The position numbers were made by a program, and so were the translations under genes. Below are positions 59,864-64,000 of a stretch of DNA of 64,000 nucleotides, piece after piece. Under the pieces are notes generated by a model. That model was not told the DNA's origin. It saw nothing but the letters and a program-made list of their open reading frames with translations, and searched no databases. Within the stretch, counting starts at the first letter, position 1, and each line of letters starts with the position of its first letter. The stretch comes from Alphaproteobacteria bacterium (GTDB lineage: Bacteria > Pseudomonadota > Alphaproteobacteria > SP197): positions 4,512,001 through 4,576,000 of the forward strand of contig OZ245842.1 in NCBI GenBank assembly GCA_965228895.1. Direction: 5' to 3'.

Positions 59864-61072
59864 ATGGCAACCAACATCGACTACCGGACGAACACCGGCG
59901 GCGGCTTTACCGAGCGTTTGGTGCTCGCGATGGCCGAGCGGATCGAGGCCGGCGAGCTGGTCATCACCCTGCCCTATGGCGGCGAACGCCTGTTCAAGGG
60001 TTCGAAGCCAGGCCCCGCGGCAGCACTGCGGATCGAACATCCTCGCGCTTACCGCCGTCTTCTGTTTGGCGGCACCATGGGTTTTGCCGAGGCTTACATG
60101 GATGGCGATGTCGACACGCCGGATCTCGCGGCGCTGGTCGATCTGATCATCAAGAACCAGGCGGCACTGCTCGCCGCGCTCGACCGGCAGCGATGGACGC
60201 GCGCGCTAAAGCGGCTGGCCCAGAAGCTGCAGCCCAACACACGGCGCGGCGCACGGCGCAACATCGCCCACCACTACGATCTCGGCAACGCGTTCTACGC
60301 TCACTGGCTTGATCGCTCGATGACCTATTCGTCAGCCATCTTCGAGCACCCCGGCCAGCCGATCGAAGACGCCCAGGACAACAAATACCAAAACATGGCG
60401 CGGCTTGCGCAGATCGGGCCAAACGATCATGTCCTCGAAATCGGTTGCGGGTGGGGTGGTTTTTGTCGTTGGGCGGCGCGCAATATCGGATGCCGGATCA
60501 CCGCCATCACGATCTCGCCGGCGCAGCACGCCTACGCTGCCGAGCGCCTGCAGACTGAAGGCCTGAACGGCCACGTCGACCTGCGCCTGCAGGACTATCG
60601 CGATACGGTTGGCACCTATGACCGCATTGTTTCGATTGAAATGGTCGAGGCGGTCGGCGAAGCATACTGGCCCGTTTACTTCCGGACATTACGCGACCGG
60701 CTGCGCTCCGGCGGTCGCGCGGCACTGCAGTCGATTACGATCGACGAAACCTATTTCGAGGCCTACCGGCGCAGCGTCGACTTCATCCAGCAGTACATCT
60801 TCCCAGGCGGCATGCTGCCCTCGCCCACGCGACTTCGCGCCGAGGCCGATCAGGCCGGCCTGACGTGTGTGGAAACACAGCGGTTCGGTCTCGATTACGC
60901 CCGAACATTGGCTCATTGGAGAGTCGCCTTCGATAATGCCTGGCCGCAAGTCCAGAAGCTTGGGTTTGACGAGCGCTTCCGGCGCATGTGGCAGTACTAT
61001 CTGATCTATTGCGAAGCCGGTTTCGACACCCGCCGCATCGACGTTCTGCAGACAGCCTTCGCGCGCGACTAA
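59864..61072 (+). CDS. cfa: Cyclopropane-fatty-acyl-phospholipid synthase family methyltransferase (Cfa/UfaM-like)
   Basis: NIAHHYDLGN, MTYSSA, LEIGCGWG, SIEMVEAVG, YIFPGG and YCEAGF motifs. Confidence 0.92.
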   Translation: MATNIDYRTNTGGGFTERLVLAMAERIEAGELVITLPYGGERLFKGSKPGPAAALRIEHPRAYRRLLFGGTMGFAEAYMDGDVDTPDLAALVDLIIKNQAALLAALDRQRWTRALKRLAQKLQPNTRRGARRNIAHHYDLGNAFYAHWLDRSMTYSSAIFEHPGQPIEDAQDNKYQNMARLAQIGPNDHVLEIGCGWGGFCRWAARNIGCRITAITISPAQHAYAAERLQTEGLNGHVDLRLQDYRDTVGTYDRIVSIEMVEAVGEAYWPVYFRTLRDRLRSGGRAALQSITIDETYFEAYRRSVDFIQQYIFPGGMLPSPTRLRAEADQAGLTCVETQRFGLDYARTLAHWRVAFDNAWPQVQKLGFDERFRRMWQYYLIYCEAGFDTRRIDVLQTAFARD

Positions 61073-61080
61073 CTGCCGGC

Positions 61081-62427
61081 ATGTCCGCCACGCCGCCCCC
61101 TGTCGGCAAACTGCGCCGCGGCATTCTGTTCGCCTACGGTCTGCCTGGACTGCCTCTGGCGGCGCTGCTGCTACCGCTCTACATAACCTTGCCGGCTTTC
61201 TATGCCGATGACATGGGGCTGGGTTTCTTTGCCGTCGGCATCGTGTTGCTTGTGACGCGCTTGTGGGATGTCGTTACCGATCCGCTGATCGGCACGCTGT
61301 CCGATCGGTTCAAGACCCGTTTCGGCCGCCGTAAACCGTGGCTGCTGGCCGGCGCGCCGGTGTTGATGGTCAGCGCGTGGTTCTTGTTTCTGCCTGAGGC
61401 CGGTGTCACATGGATCGGCCTGCTTGTCTGGACCATGGCGCTTTATCTGGGCGCTACCATGATCACCCTTCCCTATACCGCCTGGGGCGCTGAACTGTCG
61501 CCCGACTTTGACGAGCGCAGCCGGATAACCGGCTGGCGAGAAGGTCTTGTCATCGCCGGCACACTGCTGGCCGCCGGCTTGCCGGCTGTCGTTGGCGCGG
61601 ACCGTGCGGCATCACTTGAAGTGATCGCCTGGTCGTTGTGGCTCGTATTACCGGTATGTCTGTTGATTGCCATCCGGTACGTACCGGAACGTCCGATCGT
61701 CGCGCGACGCCAACCCAGATTTTCCCAGGGCTGGCGGATTGTCTGGCAAAACGCGCCGTTCCGGCGTTTGATCGGCGCTTACTTTCTGAACGGTGTGGCC
61801 AACGGCCTGCCCGCAACGTTATTCCTGCTTTACGTCGAGAAGGTGCTCGCCATACCGGCTTGGACCGGTCTGCTGCTGTTTATCTATTTCCTGTGCGCCA
61901 TCGCGGCGATTCCGCTATGGCTCTGGCTCGCCCGGCGCTGGGGCAAACACCGCGTGTGGATCGCCGCCATGGTTTGGGCGGCTCTTGTGTTCGCCTTCGT
62001 ACCGTTTCTCGGTCCGGGCGATCACGTGTGGTTCCTGATCATCTGTGTGCTGACCGGCGCCAGCCTTGGCGCCGACCTGACCCTGCCCGCATCCATGCAG
62101 GCGGACGTTATCGATCTCGATACGCTGCGCATAGGTCAAAGTCGCGCAGGACTCTATTTCGCGCTCTGGGGCGTCGCGACGAAACTCGCCCTGGCGCTGG
62201 CCGTGGGCATCGCATTTCCGCTGCTGGCCCTGGCCGGTTTGGAGCCGGGCGACGAAACAGCGACTTCGACTGGGTTGCTCGCGCTCGCCGCGCTCTACAG
62301 TTTGGTGCCCGCCGTCATCAAGCTCTGCGCCTGCGCTCTCGTCTTCGGCTATCCCCTATCTGCCGAGCGCCAACGACGTACCCGCCGCATGATCGAAGCA
62401 CGGGCCGCGCGCGCCACGGGCCTCTGA
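61081..62427 (+). CDS. MFS (MelB/GPH-like) transporter
   Basis: RLWDVVTDPLIG.LSDR...GRRKPW and PYTAWGAELS motifs. Confidence 0.9.
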   Translation: MSATPPPVGKLRRGILFAYGLPGLPLAALLLPLYITLPAFYADDMGLGFFAVGIVLLVTRLWDVVTDPLIGTLSDRFKTRFGRRKPWLLAGAPVLMVSAWFLFLPEAGVTWIGLLVWTMALYLGATMITLPYTAWGAELSPDFDERSRITGWREGLVIAGTLLAAGLPAVVGADRAASLEVIAWSLWLVLPVCLLIAIRYVPERPIVARRQPRFSQGWRIVWQNAPFRRLIGAYFLNGVANGLPATLFLLYVEKVLAIPAWTGLLLFIYFLCAIAAIPLWLWLARRWGKHRVWIAAMVWAALVFAFVPFLGPGDHVWFLIICVLTGASLGADLTLPASMQADVIDLDTLRIGQSRAGLYFALWGVATKLALALAVGIAFPLLALAGLEPGDETATSTGLLALAALYSLVPAVIKLCACALVFGYPLSAERQRRTRRMIEARAARATGL

Positions 62428-62443
62428 ATGCAGCCGGACGGTC

Positions 62444-63025
62444 GTGATCACCCGCGCCGCCGCCTTCATCATTGTCTTGGGACTTGCAGGATGTGACAGC
62501 ATGAAACCGGAAGATTTCGCCGGGCGCGAACCAACACTCTTGATCGAGGAATACTTCGCCGGCCGGACCAAGGCCTGGGGCATGTTCCAGGACCGATCCG
62601 GTGACGTAAGACGTCAGTTCGAGGTCGACATAGAAGGTACCTGGGACGGCAAGACGCTGACGCTGGTCGAGGATTTCGTCTACGACGACGCTGAAACAGA
62701 ACGCAAGATTTGGACCATCACGAAGTTGGACGACAACAGTTATGAAGGGGTCGCCGACGGCGTAATCGGCACGGCCCAGGGCAAGGCATATGGCAACGCG
62801 CTTAACTGGACCTATCGTTTTGCGCTGGCGACGGAAACACGCACATGGAACGTGACGTTCGACGATTGGCTCTTTCTCCAGCCCGGCGGCGTGCTGATCA
62901 ACCGTGCCGACGTCACCAAGTTCGGCTTCAAGGTGGGTGAGGTTACGCTTGTCTTCGTCAAGAGCGATGAGATGGCATCAGGTGCAATCGATACCAGCCG
63001 CGTTGCGGCATCGCTCACGAATTGA
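62444..63025 (+). CDS. DUF3833 lipoprotein
   Basis: LAGC lipobox; EYFAG..AWG, FDDW and KFG motifs. Confidence 0.88.
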   Translation: MITRAAAFIIVLGLAGCDSMKPEDFAGREPTLLIEEYFAGRTKAWGMFQDRSGDVRRQFEVDIEGTWDGKTLTLVEDFVYDDAETERKIWTITKLDDNSYEGVADGVIGTAQGKAYGNALNWTYRFALATETRTWNVTFDDWLFLQPGGVLINRADVTKFGFKVGEVTLVFVKSDEMASGAIDTSRVAASLTN

Positions 63026-63461
63026 TCGAAAGGCGTCGTCGGATCAGCGCGATGATGTGACGCAGGATCGGCAGACGACCATAGAACTGCTCGCCTGAAT
63101 CCCAATGATCAAGATGCGCAACGACACGGCCGTCCTGATCGAAGTGGATTTCGCTCATGCCGTCGATCGTCTTCGACGCACCGTCTTTGCGTGACCTGAA
63201 CGAGAGCGTCCAGCGCAGATAGCCGACACGATCGGAGAGCGCGTGGTCGAGAATGGTAAAGCGCGGATCGACGACATCATCGAACATGCGCGCCAGTATT
63301 CTGCGGAACGCCTCGGTTCCCGTCACATCATTAAAGGGATCGCGAAACCGAACCTGCGCATCGCAAAGCCCATCGAGGCGGCTCAGCGTTTCCGGGCTAA
63401 GCTTCTCGAAGAAAGCGCCATAGGCAGCGATCACCGGTTTCAGGTCGACCGCTTCGCTCAT
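63015..63461 (-). CDS. SnoaL/NTF2-like protein
   Basis: VRFRDPFNDVTG, MF, HLDHWD motifs; start overlaps the SDR stop. Confidence 0.85.
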   Translation of the reverse strand: MSEAVDLKPVIAAYGAFFEKLSPETLSRLDGLCDAQVRFRDPFNDVTGTEAFRRILARMFDDVVDPRFTILDHALSDRVGYLRWTLSFRSRKDGASKTIDGMSEIHFDQDGRVVAHLDHWDSGEQFYGRLPILRHIIALIRRRLSINS

Positions 63462-64000
63462 GTCTTGCGTACCAGGCGGCGCGTCACGGCAAAGGCGAGC
63501 CGTGCCGGCAGCACGCGCAGTAACTTCAACAACCATGCAAGACGCCGCGGAAAGATGATCTCGTACCGGGTCGATCTGAGACCGCGATAGAACGCCTCGG
63601 CCGCATCATCCAGCTCCATCAGAAACGGCATCGGAAACGTGTTCTTGTCGGTCAACGGCGTGCGCACAAAGCCCGGATTGACGATCTGCAGGTGAATGCC
63701 GTAGCCGTCCAGTTCCGGCTTCAGCGCTTCGACCATATTGATAAGTCCCGCCTTGGTCATGCCGTAGGCCGCCGCCGACGGTAAACCGCGATAGCCGGCA
63801 ACCGAAGCGACGACCGCGATCGAGCCGCCGCGCCTGTCAATCATGGCGGGTAGAATCGCCTCCAGGCAATTCACCGTGCCCATGATGTTGAGATCGATGA
63901 GATCGTGAAACACCTGCGCCTTCAGATCCGCCGCATGGACCGGCTGATGGCTGCCCGCGTTCAGCACCGCCTGGTCGATCGGGCCCAGATCATCGTGAAT
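63458..64000 (-). CDS. Short-chain dehydrogenase/reductase (5' end outside the window)
   Basis: NAG, VASVAG, YGMTKA (YxxxK) and PGFVRTPLT motifs. Confidence 0.9.
   Translation of the reverse strand: MHDDLGPIDQAVLNAGSHQPVHAADLKAQVFHDLIDLNIMGTVNCLEAILPAMIDRRGGSIAVVASVAGYRGLPSAAAYGMTKAGLINMVEALKPELDGYGIHLQIVNPGFVRTPLTDKNTFPMPFLMELDDAAEAFYRGLRSTRYEIIFPRRLAWLLKLLRVLPARLAFAVTRRLVRKT

Overview
GC-rich bacterial DNA, most likely alphaproteobacterial (inferred from gene content and repeat types). No integrase, transposase, phage gene or CRISPR array was seen. All family assignments come from reading motifs and recalled homologs, not database searches. Bases ~1-43.5 kb form a large region for scavenging and catabolising organic nitrogen and osmolytes: an M20 amidohydrolase, a ureohydrolase, an NCS2 permease, a 2OG-Fe(II) oxygenase, two amidases, four Rieske oxygenase alpha subunits with no reductase, three metal-independent M24 hydrolases (one a creatinase), a TMADH-like flavoenzyme, polyamine-type ABC transporters and two tandem DAACS-symporter/substrate-binding-protein fusions. 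After tRNA-Arg(CCT) come a tungsten-type aldehyde:ferredoxin oxidoreductase module, a torT/torS/torR TMAO-sensing system beside the tmoXWV TMAO importer (no torCAD in the window), and an rpoE-chrR locus with its cfa/ufa lipid-modification operon. Non-coding signals include a tandem 137-bp double-hairpin repeat with compensatory substitutions, three RpoE-type promoters (one in front of an orphan RpoE paralog) and tor-box-like repeats upstream of tmoX.
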